Source: a virus
IMG/VR virus record: IMGVR_UViG_3300045988_142974
Coordinates: 1-64,000 of that record
Length of the DNA stretch: 64,000 nt
Direction: 5' to 3' (one strand)
Shown one piece after another: positions 26,727-36,432 of the stretch. The position numbers and the translations under genes are program-made. Numbering within the stretch: the stretch's first letter is position 1; every line of letters starts with the position of its first letter. Below the pieces are notes generated by a model. It did no database searches. It saw only the letters and a program-made list of their open reading frames with translations, and was not told where the DNA came from.

Positions 26727-27356
26727 TTATACCTCTTTAAAATTTGCGGTACTGCTAAGTTTATAATTATCAAGAATCTTTCTCAACTCATCATTGGGTA
26801 AACTATCAATTTTCTTACTTACAACATCCATGAGTGGTGTGAGAGTAGCATTTGCCAAATCAGAGATTCTTCTAATCTGTTTGCTAATAAACGCCTGAGC
26901 GGTTGTCTCATTAAACTGAGTGTCTGACTGTTTCATTGTTAAAATGGTCTTGAACTCATTTAATTCACTCATAGGGATAAGAGGATAATCCTTATCAGAG
27001 CCAACCATTAAAATATCAAGCAAACCAGAAGATTTGAGTGCATCATATCCATTAATAAAACCTTTATCGTTCTCATCAATCTCAAGGTCGGTGTATAATT
27101 CAATCACGGCACGACAAAACTGTACATACTGAGCAACAGAATTTACTCTAATCTTATCTGTTTTACGATACTTTGTTTTACCATTATCATCATATGCTTC
27201 CTGCTCAAATGTTGTTTTATCTACGATTAACTGAGCATAAGCATCTTTCTTGATGATTGATACATATTGAGTGATTTTGATTTTACTTAATAACTGTTCC
27301 TTTAATGTGTTATTTGTCATGTTGTTATACTTTTCTACAAACTCTAAAAGTTTCAT
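26727..27356 (-). CDS. hypothetical protein, possibly a tail assembly chaperone
   Basis: ORF track, start moved to MKLLEF; position upstream of the tape measure; acidic helical protein. Confidence 0.3.
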   Translation of the reverse strand: MKLLEFVEKYNNMTNNTLKEQLLSKIKITQYVSIIKKDAYAQLIVDKTTFEQEAYDDNGKTKYRKTDKIRVNSVAQYVQFCRAVIELYTDLEIDENDKGFINGYDALKSSGLLDILMVGSDKDYPLIPMSELNEFKTILTMKQSDTQFNETTAQAFISKQIRRISDLANATLTPLMDVVSKKIDSLPNDELRKILDNYKLSSTANFKEV

Positions 27357-27372
27357 ATTCCTTCTATCTCCT

Positions 27373-27963
27373 TTAATCATTTATTGGCGAGAATTTTTCA
27401 CATTCTCCATTATGTATTTCTTTTTGAATTCGACCTTCTATAGCTTTCTTTAGAAGACTACAGTTTCGTTTGTATCTTTTACATCCGATGCAGTGAGATT
27501 TAAAATCATCAAACTGTGAAGCATTGTCAAAAACTCCAATGTAGTCAACAGGTCGTATTGTAATTTCTATTCGTGGATTTTCTGAATCATAATAAATCCC
27601 TTGTACACGTTCACATAACTGAGTGTCATCAATCCACACGGATTCGCTGTCTGTAATCGCATCGGCAAGACACTTGAAACTATTATTGGCATCTTTGTCT
27701 ACTCTGTCAAAATAGAATATACAATCCATATAATAGTGCTGTGATTTGTTATCCGATTTAATCCAGTTTTGTTTTTTTGCTTCTGTCTTTACATATTTCG
27801 CAAATTCTTTCTGATATTTAATTGCTTCTTGTTTTTTATATCCTACCGCCATTGGTTTCCCATTTTTTAAAATAGCTCTCCAACCTAAATAGTGGTTAAC
27901 TGAAGGTGCGATAGGAGATGTTAATTTTAATTCTTGTATATTATTTTCTCCTTTACATAACAA
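27373..27963 (-). CDS. RusA-like Holliday junction resolvase with C-terminal Cys cluster
   Basis: PSVNHY...MDCIFYFDRVDKDANNSFKCLADAITDSESVWIDDTQL fits the RusA D..DN..K...D....DD pattern. Confidence 0.55.
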   Translation of the reverse strand: MLCKGENNIQELKLTSPIAPSVNHYLGWRAILKNGKPMAVGYKKQEAIKYQKEFAKYVKTEAKKQNWIKSDNKSQHYYMDCIFYFDRVDKDANNSFKCLADAITDSESVWIDDTQLCERVQGIYYDSENPRIEITIRPVDYIGVFDNASQFDDFKSHCIGCKRYKRNCSLLKKAIEGRIQKEIHNGECEKFSPIND

Positions 27964-28211
27964 AAGAGCAGCTTCCGAAGAAACCGCTCTTTCTTTTAAT
28001 AATATTTAATTGTTATTTTAATTGTGCTTATACTACTAATTGCATAGGATATAGTTCCCACTTACTATTAGGATATTTGTCAGCATTATCAGTTACTATC
28101 TTGTGAACCTCTTCAAGATTTGCAACATTAGTGTCAATATGTATAACCTTACCGCCAGTTATACATAACTCCTCACAAATTAAATTAAAATATGTCATAA
28201 ACATTCCTCAA

Positions 28212-28415
28212 TTATTTCTGTATACAGAATAATTCATATAGATTTACTTTAAGTACACGAGATAAGGTGATTGCATGACTTAATAAAATATCATTTGTTT
28301 GATTATTTACAATTTTTGAAAGAGTGGTTCTTGAAATACCTGTTCTTTCTGATAATTGCTGTAATGTCATATTTTGTTTACAACGATATTCATCAACTTT
28401 GTTCTTCATATACAT
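28212..28415 (-). CDS. XRE/Cro-type helix-turn-helix regulator
   Basis: MTLQQLSERTGISRTTLSKIVNN is a typical HTH_3 motif. Confidence 0.7.
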   Translation of the reverse strand: MYMKNKVDEYRCKQNMTLQQLSERTGISRTTLSKIVNNQTNDILLSHAITLSRVLKVNLYELFCIQK

Positions 28416-28502
28416 AAAGTATTTCCAATAATTTATTTTATATTAGTATTATACATAAATATATGTTAAGCAAAGTTTACCAAATATGTGATATTATAAA
28501 AT

Positions 28503-28976
28503 TTAATCTTCTTTAATTGGCAAAGCCATTACTTCAGGAATTATCTTTCCTTTAATTGAGTGATTACCACCACAAGCAATATATGTATCTGCTAATAATT
28601 GAAATGTTTCTAATCCTGCTCTTGTAATATATTTTTGTGCCATAAATTTACTATGTAGATTATAAAGTTCAGCACCATATTGCACAATAATTCTCTGATT
28701 AGTTTCTTTTTCATTTATATCTAAAGACTTTTTAATATCATCTATACCTTTAGATATTTTCAAAATTTCCTGATACTGCCAATTATCGTGTTTTTCAAGC
28801 GTTTTAATACGATTTTCTATTGTCTCTTTATCTTCGTCAATACCTGTTTTTAGTCTAAGTTTCTTTTTAAAATAACCAAATATTTCGATAACTTCCTTAG
28901 CAGCAAACAAAATGGCGAATAAACCAAGTATAACAAGCACATAATTAATTTGCGCTAAATTCTGTATCTCCTGCAC
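28503..28976 (-). CDS. membrane-anchored coiled-coil protein
   Basis: N-terminal hydrophobic helix INYVLVILGLFAILFAA followed by a charged helical region. Confidence 0.4.
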   Translation of the reverse strand: MQEIQNLAQINYVLVILGLFAILFAAKEVIEIFGYFKKKLRLKTGIDEDKETIENRIKTLEKHDNWQYQEILKISKGIDDIKKSLDINEKETNQRIIVQYGAELYNLHSKFMAQKYITRAGLETFQLLADTYIACGGNHSIKGKIIPEVMALPIKED

Positions 28977-28996
28977 TCATACATACCATCCATTCT

Positions 28997-29257
28997 TTAC
29001 TTTTTTAAAAAATTCTTGAAGGCTTCATACAAACCAGTAGAAGCAAGACCAGATACAAGTCCACCAAGTAAAATTTCAGGTGTGAAGCTCATATTCATCC
29101 ATGTATTTAATGTAACACCAAGCACTGCCATAATCAGTGGAATATACTTATTAACCACATCCGTTGTAACAATATTTTTTAATACATATCCTACGCATAA
29201 GCAAATCCCAACAATAATCGGTACTGTAAAATTTGTTAAAAATGATAAATCTGTCAT
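28997..29257 (-). CDS. holin (86 aa, multi-TM)
   Basis: Start at the ATG 9 nt after GGAGG; TM segments PIIVGICLCVGYVL, IPLIMAVLGVTL, LLGGLVSGLASTGL; basic C-terminus KNFLKK. Confidence 0.6.
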   Translation of the reverse strand: MTDLSFLTNFTVPIIVGICLCVGYVLKNIVTTDVVNKYIPLIMAVLGVTLNTWMNMSFTPEILLGGLVSGLASTGLYEAFKNFLKK

Positions 29258-29261
29258 AATT

Positions 29262-29495
29262 TTAATCCTCCTTATAAGTACAATTGCACCATAATTTATA
29301 TAACTCATTCATTTCCTTAGATTTCTTCCAAACAAAAACAACTCGTCTATTCTGACCTGGAATAATATCTACAAGTTGCCCTTTTGATAAAGACGAGTTT
29401 AAATACATATAATTTTGAGCCATATTTGGAATAAATCTTACATCTTCTGTTTCATATTCCCAATTGAATACATCACTATATTCTTTAATTTCCAT
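29262..29495 (-). CDS. hypothetical protein
   Basis: ORF track. Confidence 0.35.
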   Translation of the reverse strand: MEIKEYSDVFNWEYETEDVRFIPNMAQNYMYLNSSLSKGQLVDIIPGQNRRVVFVWKKSKEMNELYKLWCNCTYKED

Positions 29496-29587
29496 TCACT
29501 CCATTCTTGTCTATCACGTAAGCGTAAAAAATAGGCTATACTGAATACTGAATAGTAAACGGTATAGCCTACAATTTTACAAACTTA

Positions 29588-29932
29588 CTATTCATTATCA
29601 TTATTTTTTACCACTTTATTTGTTTTTGTGGATTGAGATTTTGTTTTACTTGTTTCAGCAATTTTATCCTCTGCCATAATTTCTTCTATAATTTTTTTAA
29701 CATCTTTGTCGAAATTATTTAACTCTGTCAAATCACATTCCGACAGTTCTGCTTTTGCTTTTACTTTATCTTTTGTTAAATTGTAATTGTAAATCGCAAG
29801 ATAAATTATGTAATGCGGAAGAGTGTCCGTAATTGTACGCCACGGCAAGAAAGATTTAATATTTTGACAAGTATGACAAACTCTGTACGGTTTTCCACAA
29901 ATCGCACAAACTGCATTGTTTTCTAATGCCAT
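29588..29932 (-). CDS. hypothetical Cys4 protein
   Basis: CAICGKPYRVCHTC motif at the N-terminus. Confidence 0.4.
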   Translation of the reverse strand: MALENNAVCAICGKPYRVCHTCQNIKSFLPWRTITDTLPHYIIYLAIYNYNLTKDKVKAKAELSECDLTELNNFDKDVKKIIEEIMAEDKIAETSKTKSQSTKTNKVVKNNDNE

Positions 29933-29952
29933 ATATTGTTCCTCCTAAGAAT

Positions 29953-29980
29953 AAAACCCCCGCTTGGTAACAGGGGTTTT
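29953..29980 (-). terminator. Rho-independent terminator after the putative major tail gene
   Basis: aaaaccccc / ggggtttt stem with a U tail on the minus strand. Confidence 0.65.
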
Positions 29981-29988
29981 ATATTAAA

Positions 29989-30786
29989 TTAATCTTCAGA
30001 TACTAAAATATCAAATAAGTTGCCATCTGCACCGCAATATTCTTTGTTTAAAACGTATGAGGCTGGATGTTTACCATCAGATTTAAGAGAGAGTTCTACA
30101 CTTGATGGATCAATCTGCGCTCTTGGACAACGGATAATACCTGCATATACTAAGTTTTTATTACATGGATCGTGGAAGATTGCATGAATAAGAAGCGTCT
30201 TAACTTCAGGTACACCATCAGTTCTCTTAACAACTTGAACCGCAGTAGTTGTTTCCTTTTCGTAGTTTACAAATACACGACCTGTTGTCCCTTCTGGAAG
30301 GGTAATCGTTCTATTCTGTGCATCAATCGTGAACTTACCATCGCCCTTTGTAGCAGAAACCACATAAGTATCACCGAAGGTATTATTATCGTTGATAACT
30401 TTCACGTATTTAACTTCTGCACCCTTTGTACCAACTGGAACGTATTTAAGTTCAACTGTAGCACCTGCACCAATTGAAATTACTTCAGACACAGGCATCT
30501 TAATTTTACTTGTTGAACTTGCAACAGTCTTTGTTGAACCAAACTGAGATGCAGCAAGGTCAAGAGAGAAGAGTGAGTTAGTAAACTCAAATGTAGCCTT
30601 CTGAGCAGTATAAAATGTTTGAATCGGTGTACCCATGGCATCTGTAACATCAGTACTATCAGCACTTGTTTTAAGAGATGGATCTTCGACCTGTGTATAT
30701 CTACCAGTAAGTTCCATTGTTGCAGGATCATATTCTTCTACGGATCTAATTCTTTCAAGAATTAATTCATTTGGATTAAAAGCCAT
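29989..30786 (-). CDS. putative major tail (tube) protein
   Basis: 265 aa, beta-rich T/S/V composition, followed by a strong terminator; assignment by position only. Confidence 0.4.
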   Translation of the reverse strand: MAFNPNELILERIRSVEEYDPATMELTGRYTQVEDPSLKTSADSTDVTDAMGTPIQTFYTAQKATFEFTNSLFSLDLAASQFGSTKTVASSTSKIKMPVSEVISIGAGATVELKYVPVGTKGAEVKYVKVINDNNTFGDTYVVSATKGDGKFTIDAQNRTITLPEGTTGRVFVNYEKETTTAVQVVKRTDGVPEVKTLLIHAIFHDPCNKNLVYAGIIRCPRAQIDPSSVELSLKSDGKHPASYVLNKEYCGADGNLFDILVSED

Positions 30787-30821
30787 TTGTTTTTCCTCCT
30801 TTTATTTGATTTTTTGGCAAA

Positions 30822-30849
30822 TAAAAAAGAACTCGATTAATCGAGTTCT
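30822..30849 (-). terminator. Terminator hairpin overlapping the stop of the upstream gene
   Basis: agaactcga / tcgagttct stem followed on the minus strand by TTTTTTATTT. Confidence 0.55.
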
Positions 30850-31604
30850 CCTATCCAATCTAATTGATTTTTGTCTACTTCTTTTAAATTAACTCCGTAA
30901 CCAGAGTATCCAGATTGAAGTAATAAATCTGAATTTTTTATTTTAGAAATCCTTTTTACAGAATCTATGAATGCATTAATTTTCATATCCCAAACTTGAG
31001 AGTGATTGTATTTAAAACCTTCGCTATTGACCATTGCAGAAATAAGGTTCTTAAGTTTGGAATGATATTCTTTACTTCTATTTCTATCTAATTCTTCTTT
31101 TGCATCTTCAATAAGTATCATTTTCGTAGAATCATTCGCGGGAATTTGCAAATCACGCTCAATAAAATGAGATCTACATAAATAATCAATAATTAATCCG
31201 TAAGTATATTCATCAAGCAAAACTAATTCCTTATTAATTATTTGGCATAGCACAATAGAATTATCTTTCCTTTTTTTAAGAGTAAATTTAGAAAAGTCTA
31301 AATCACCAAATAAAATCTTTGTTCTATCTTTTGGGAATAACTTAAATAATAATGAATAAAATAATTGATATGGGGTTATTGTCGTGTAATCAAATTGATT
31401 AAAACTATACCATAATTGCGCTTTCATAGATTGAGGTGTAGCAGTAAAGTTATACAACATAGACCAATAACTCTGTTCTCCATAATCGCATATTTCCCCC
31501 AATGTTGGTTGATGTATTTTTATATATTTTGAAACAACAAAATCTTCTCCTCTGTAAATTTTTAATTCGTCATTCTCAAAATATTCTTCTTTTCCTACTG
31601 CCAA
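30837..31604 (-). CDS. hypothetical virion-module protein
   Basis: ORF track. Confidence 0.4.
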   Translation of the reverse strand: MAVGKEEYFENDELKIYRGEDFVVSKYIKIHQPTLGEICDYGEQSYWSMLYNFTATPQSMKAQLWYSFNQFDYTTITPYQLFYSLLFKLFPKDRTKILFGDLDFSKFTLKKRKDNSIVLCQIINKELVLLDEYTYGLIIDYLCRSHFIERDLQIPANDSTKMILIEDAKEELDRNRSKEYHSKLKNLISAMVNSEGFKYNHSQVWDMKINAFIDSVKRISKIKNSDLLLQSGYSGYGVNLKEVDKNQLDWIGELD

Positions 31605-32248
31605 TAATCATTATTCCTTATATAAGAATCTTCTTTATAAGGTGTATAAACTATGCTATTAGAATCATAAATTTGAAATACTAATGTCCTTACAACATAA
31701 TTACTATCAATCGTTGATTCCTTTGAGGAGACTAGCTTTGTTTGTAGACCAAATATACTTGACCAATTAAATCGTTCTCTTATAATAGAGGCAATTAAAT
31801 CGTGACGTTGTAAACCAGTAAGTTTGTCTACCCTATCTGATCCATGCACAAATATTGTGAAAGTAATTTCAGTATACTTGTACATTGGGGAATATCGCGG
31901 CAATTCATCAAACCCTACTTGATAACAAAGATAATGCTTAACTTCTGTTTGCGTATCTGGAATAAATAAAGAAGGGCGAATATTGGAATTTTCACCAAAG
32001 AATCTATCCCATTCGCCTAAAGGTTCATACTCTTTTGTTTCTTCATTCCACTCCCAATTTATATTCCCATTTTTATCGAACAATTCAGATTCAAGTTCTT
32101 TTTCATTTAATGCGAATAATAAACATGGATTTGACAATAAAGCATTCTTGATTTTTTGCTTATATACAATGTTATCATCATCAGGAGTAGTTCTATATGC
32201 ACGAAGTTTATTTAACAAATCATTTTTTGTAATTAATTTTTCTGCCAT
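31595..32248 (-). CDS. hypothetical virion-module protein
   Basis: ORF track. Confidence 0.4.
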   Translation of the reverse strand: MAEKLITKNDLLNKLRAYRTTPDDDNIVYKQKIKNALLSNPCLLFALNEKELESELFDKNGNINWEWNEETKEYEPLGEWDRFFGENSNIRPSLFIPDTQTEVKHYLCYQVGFDELPRYSPMYKYTEITFTIFVHGSDRVDKLTGLQRHDLIASIIRERFNWSSIFGLQTKLVSSKESTIDSNYVVRTLVFQIYDSNSIVYTPYKEDSYIRNNDYWQ

Positions 32249-32258
32249 AAAACACCTC

Positions 32259-32930
32259 CTATTCAGTTAATTCTAACGACAAAATTTCAGATTCAATCGG
32301 CAAGTTATCCTTAACAATTTCACACTTAACAGACAATATTTTGCCGATAACAGAAGTATCATTAGGAAACTTTACTTTCTTTTGGTTGTACTCTGTACCA
32401 GCTCGCCATGTAACTTTATCAGTCCAATCTTTATTATCAATAGAGCAAGTCCATGTATATGTTGCGTCAGCATACTCAGTTGTAATATCTTCATTGGAAT
32501 CGCTAAATAGATTTACTGTAAGATTTTTATAAGAGCCACCAACTTTGATCGTTGAAGTAGATGCTAAAATTCTTGCTGTGATAGAAGATGGTGGAGTGGT
32601 TGGGGTAGTCGGATCTGTTGGGGCGATTTCTGAATCGAAATAATTCGCATACATTTCGCCTGTTTCAAGATTGACATAATCGGTATGCTCATTAAAGAAA
32701 CCACTATAAATAGTTAATTTCTGTATCCCGAATGGCTGAACATTTTCACATTTTGTCACAGTCCACGCTGATGGGTGATCAGATAATGTACTTACCAATA
32801 ATCGCATGTTCTTGGAGTCCTCAGATGTGTACCAAAATTTACTGGTAATATCATTCATCGGCAACCAAATTTTATCCTGATTATCGACATGCGTTATGTA
32901 TCGGTCAGTGTAAGTACCAATCGTATCAAT
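32259..32930 (-). CDS. structural protein with C-terminal Ig-like domain, exon 2 (5' boundary approximate)
   Basis: The frame of ORF 32259..32864 stays open upstream to about 32930 (HIDTIGTYTDRYITHVDNQDKIWLP), where a TAA closes it. Confidence 0.55.
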   Translation of the reverse strand: MDTIGTYTDRYITHVDNQDKIWLPMNDITSKFWYTSEDSKNMRLLVSTLSDHPSAWTVTKCENVQPFGIQKLTIYSGFFNEHTDYVNLETGEMYANYFDSEIAPTDPTTPTTPPSSITARILASTSTIKVGGSYKNLTVNLFSDSNEDITTEYADATYTWTCSIDNKDWTDKVTWRAGTEYNQKKVKFPNDTSVIGKILSVKCEIVKDNLPIESEILSLELTE

Positions 32931-34290
32931 ATGTTACTTTATTGGTTCGTTAGTCCAATAAAGATAAAATTATAAATTTATGCTACAGTATATTCTATGT
33001 ATCTATCATATTTTCTTTGAAGATACAAATCTGCATCTTTATACATCAAATTCATAAGTTTAACGGCAGAAGTGCCACTTAAACTCGCAACTTTTGTTAT
33101 TCCATTATGACAAGATGCATCATATATACCACAGTAAATACCAAGTTCTTTTTCAACTATTTCTTTAACTCTTTTACAAAATTTTTCAGTAGAAGTAATT
33201 GTTAATGTAATATGTTTATTATTTTCATTTTTTATATAACGATAAACACTGCCGTCACCGTCATAATAACCACGCAAGAAGTGAGAATATAATTCTTCTG
33301 ATATATCGGGAAATTCTAAAACAAGACTTTTATTTCTTACAGCACCTAACTTCTCTAAAGAGCTACATAAATGTCTACTATTCATATTTAATGTACACAT
33401 ATTATTATATGAATAATTCTTTTCGCTTTTTCGATTAGATTGGTCTATTATTTTCAAAGGGTTATTACTTTCAATTTCTTTGTTTATATCTTCTAATAAT
33501 TTCCTATCGCTTTCTTGCAAAGAAATACAAACAGTTCCTTTTGGTGGAAAATTACAGCCATCCGCAAAAAATAAACCTAATACATATGCCTTATTTGGGG
33601 TGTCGATATGGTCAAAATATTCTTCATTTAAATGATATTTTCTTTGACCATTATTAACACGTTTAATTCCAAACTCATCTAAGATATGACAAATCTTATT
33701 ATAATTACATCCCATAATTTCACCTATCTTAGTTGTCGATAATTTATCTTCTACATATAATCTAGCAATTTCTTCTTTTTGTTCTTTTGTAAAAACTATT
33801 TCATTATAATTTGGTATTCCGTTTTTCATTGCTTATTCCTCCTAAAAATTGCAATATAAAAAGACGGTAATCTACTTATTAGGAGTAAGTAGAAGTGGTT
33901 TGCAACCCACTGTCCCGTCTAATTAACTATTCTCTGTTTATAATTTTATTTTCTCTATGTCTCCATAGAAGTTCAGAGCACATCAACGCCATATCCATAA
34001 TGGACTTAGGCGGTTTCCATTAACCCACTTGGGTACATGCTCGTTGAGCGTTGTCCTGTTCGGACTTTCGCTGCTGATTATTACTTGTCAACAACACTTA
34101 GCACATCAATATGATGCTTTTATTTCAGCATATGTCATCCAATTACTTTTTTCTGTCTTTCGACCACATTCACGCCTAACTATATTTCATGTTTACGTTG
34201 TAGTGTAATTGGCTTTGTAAACTTCCAGCATAAGGAAACTTTCGACACGCTGTTTCCAGTATGAAGCGCATAATCTACGATGATTGCATT
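32931..34290 (-). mobile_element. group I intron carrying a LAGLIDADG homing endonuclease (boundaries approximate)
   Basis: Minus strand has AAUCAGCAGC (Q, 34070-34079) and GCUCAACGAGCAUG (R-like, 34036-34049). It lies between two halves of one frame, and the ORF follows the core. Confidence 0.6.
32978..33829 (-). CDS. LAGLIDADG homing endonuclease (double motif)
   Basis: YVLGLFFADGC and FLRGYYDGDGSV motifs; N-terminal HTH-like region; GGAGG RBS. Confidence 0.8.
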   Translation of the reverse strand: MKNGIPNYNEIVFTKEQKEEIARLYVEDKLSTTKIGEIMGCNYNKICHILDEFGIKRVNNGQRKYHLNEEYFDHIDTPNKAYVLGLFFADGCNFPPKGTVCISLQESDRKLLEDINKEIESNNPLKIIDQSNRKSEKNYSYNNMCTLNMNSRHLCSSLEKLGAVRNKSLVLEFPDISEELYSHFLRGYYDGDGSVYRYIKNENNKHITLTITSTEKFCKRVKEIVEKELGIYCGIYDASCHNGITKVASLSGTSAVKLMNLMYKDADLYLQRKYDRYIEYTVA

Positions 34291-34880
34291 CTTAACACAG
34301 ACCACATACGTCTTTTAATTCTTTGAGTTCCATTTTTCTCAACCCACATTAATTCATAATTTGCCGGCAAGACAAGATATTTTGGAAACTGATTTGCATT
34401 TTCTTTTCTACAGATTAACCATTTATGATAAACACCTCTATCGTCAGGAATATCACACCACATCCCGATCGGAAATTCGCTATTATAACGAGCATGAATT
34501 TTCTCGAAATAAAACAAGTTATCACCATCTTCAAATGACAATTTCTGACTTGGTTTAAATTGGATATAATGTTCTACTTCATCTTTGTCCATTGACTGAT
34601 AAGATTTGATAATAAACTTTGCATCAATCTTTGTCTTGTTGGTATTTTCATAAGTCATACCTTCAGCAAGTGAACGTGTAATTCCATGTTCATCTGTGAA
34701 GAAGTCATCGTGAAAATGGTCGTAAATAAAACACTGTTTACTCTGAATATCCCCGTCCCACGTAAGATTCATAAGCATATCTGAATCAGATTTTAGCTTT
34801 TCCCCCAATGTAGGATAGCTCTTTCCAGTAGAACAAGTGTTGACTTTCATTTTTCTTTGATAAAAATCATATACAGACAT
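34275..34880 (-). CDS. structural protein, exon 1 (the last few codons are probably intron read-through)
   Basis: ORF track; continues in exon 2 after the intron. Confidence 0.55.
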   Translation of the reverse strand: MSVYDFYQRKMKVNTCSTGKSYPTLGEKLKSDSDMLMNLTWDGDIQSKQCFIYDHFHDDFFTDEHGITRSLAEGMTYENTNKTKIDAKFIIKSYQSMDKDEVEHYIQFKPSQKLSFEDGDNLFYFEKIHARYNSEFPIGMWCDIPDDRGVYHKWLICRKENANQFPKYLVLPANYELMWVEKNGTQRIKRRMWSVLRMQSS

Positions 34881-35248
34881 TACTCATCACCAACTTTCAT
34901 CCTCTGAAGCAAAGCTCCTGCATCAAATACAAGTTTTTTATATTGATTGAAATTAAAGTTATCTGACTGTAATACAGATAATGCACATTCAAGACTGTTA
35001 ATAATTTCTACAAAATCCTTTGGATAGAGTAGTAACTTATTACAATTAGAAATTTCAAATAATAGATTTTTATGATATTTTACAACATCTATATTTTTAA
35101 AATCTTCTTTGGTGTTTTTATCTGTATACAAAACAAGCCAAAATATTTTTTTTCGTAATTTCTGCTTATAGTAGTCAATTTGAGAAATTTTAAATTCTCC
35201 ATATTTATGTGGAACTAAATTATCCATTAGATCCACCATACTCACCAA
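34880..35248 (-). CDS. hypothetical virion-module protein
   Basis: ORF track. Confidence 0.4.
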   Translation of the reverse strand: MVSMVDLMDNLVPHKYGEFKISQIDYYKQKLRKKIFWLVLYTDKNTKEDFKNIDVVKYHKNLLFEISNCNKLLLYPKDFVEIINSLECALSVLQSDNFNFNQYKKLVFDAGALLQRMKVGDE

Positions 35249-35678
35249 AATAATAAGTGTGACGAGACAACTCTAGCTCCCATTCACGCTTTAACTGTGT
35301 GAGCCTTTCCATATTTTTTGAATAATTATCTATAAGCTTTCTTTCTTCCTTGCCACCAATCATGGTTGCTAAATTCTTTGTATTCTCTAATTTTGATGGG
35401 AAATAATTAATTATAATTCCTTTTGCTAAAATGGTTTTAACAAATTCAGAATCATAGAAATCGTCTACGCTGTTTAATAGTGTAAATTTTACATCTTCTG
35501 AAACATCATCAAAAGAATACGAAGTGAATTTCTTCCTGAGAAGTGGAGTAGAAGAGGTTGTATGCAACCATTCACGAAGAGTGTCATAAAAATCTTCCTC
35601 TGTATAAGTTGCAAATTCAAGGTCATTAATCATTGTTAATGCTCTTTTGTATATATCTTCGTATTTAAGAGAAGGCAT
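35220..35678 (-). CDS. hypothetical virion-module protein (possible head-tail connector)
   Basis: ORF track; position after the capsid gene. Confidence 0.35.
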   Translation of the reverse strand: MPSLKYEDIYKRALTMINDLEFATYTEEDFYDTLREWLHTTSSTPLLRKKFTSYSFDDVSEDVKFTLLNSVDDFYDSEFVKTILAKGIIINYFPSKLENTKNLATMIGGKEERKLIDNYSKNMERLTQLKREWELELSRHTYYFGEYGGSNG

Positions 35679-35689
35679 AAGCTACCTCC

Positions 35690-36364
35690 TTAAATGAATT
35701 CTTTAATACAAGTTCCTAACATATCATCAATAATTCTGATTTTCTTAATAGACGGATAATTCTCAGCACGAATCATAGTCATTGCTGTTACCTTTACAAT
35801 TTCACCAAGCCATTCTGGTGCTGATTTAATCATATCTTCAAACTCATCATCATCCATATCAAAATATTCTTCTGGATAATCAATTGATTTAAAATATTTA
35901 TATCTATCACCAAGTTCTCGTTTCCATTGTTCTACAAGATCTTCATCCATGATAATAAAACTAGGTTTTGTTACATATTCAGTTCTTCTAAGTGCCTGTA
36001 AATCACGATATTTAATATATTCAATATCCCCAAAATATTCCCAATGATATACAGTGTTTTTATCTACTCCAACAGCAGTTAATTTCCACGGAGTAACACT
36101 TTTACATGGAATCTCATCATTAGGGTTAAATGTTTTATGTATTTTTACAGGCTGTGATTTTGCAGACTCATTTTCTGATGTTACTACAACTTTGTCATCC
36201 GTAGTTGTGTTGTTAGCTTTTACAAAATTATTGTTTGTAAAATCAATAGCATCATCATCAAGTTTCTGCATATGACTAGATACTTTATATCCATTTTCTC
36301 TTAAAAAAGAAATTAATTCTTTTGGAGTAATATCTAGTTCTTTTGCTAATTCATATACTTTCAT
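35690..36364 (-). CDS. hypothetical protein with IF2-N-like N-terminal helical motif
   Basis: MKVYELAKELDITPKELISFLRENGYKVSSHMQKLDDD resembles the IF-2 N-terminal motif. Confidence 0.4.
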   Translation of the reverse strand: MKVYELAKELDITPKELISFLRENGYKVSSHMQKLDDDAIDFTNNNFVKANNTTTDDKVVVTSENESAKSQPVKIHKTFNPNDEIPCKSVTPWKLTAVGVDKNTVYHWEYFGDIEYIKYRDLQALRRTEYVTKPSFIIMDEDLVEQWKRELGDRYKYFKSIDYPEEYFDMDDDEFEDMIKSAPEWLGEIVKVTAMTMIRAENYPSIKKIRIIDDMLGTCIKEFI

Positions 36365-36378
36365 CCATTTTCTCCTTT

Positions 36379-36411
36379 AAAAATAGGAGAGTAGAATATT
36401 TTCCACTCTCC
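36379..36411 (-). terminator. Terminator after the major capsid gene (GGAGAGT / ACTCTCC stem)
   Basis: 7-bp stem with T-rich flanks on both strands. Confidence 0.6.
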
Positions 36412-36432
36412 ATATTTTATACTAATCTAATA

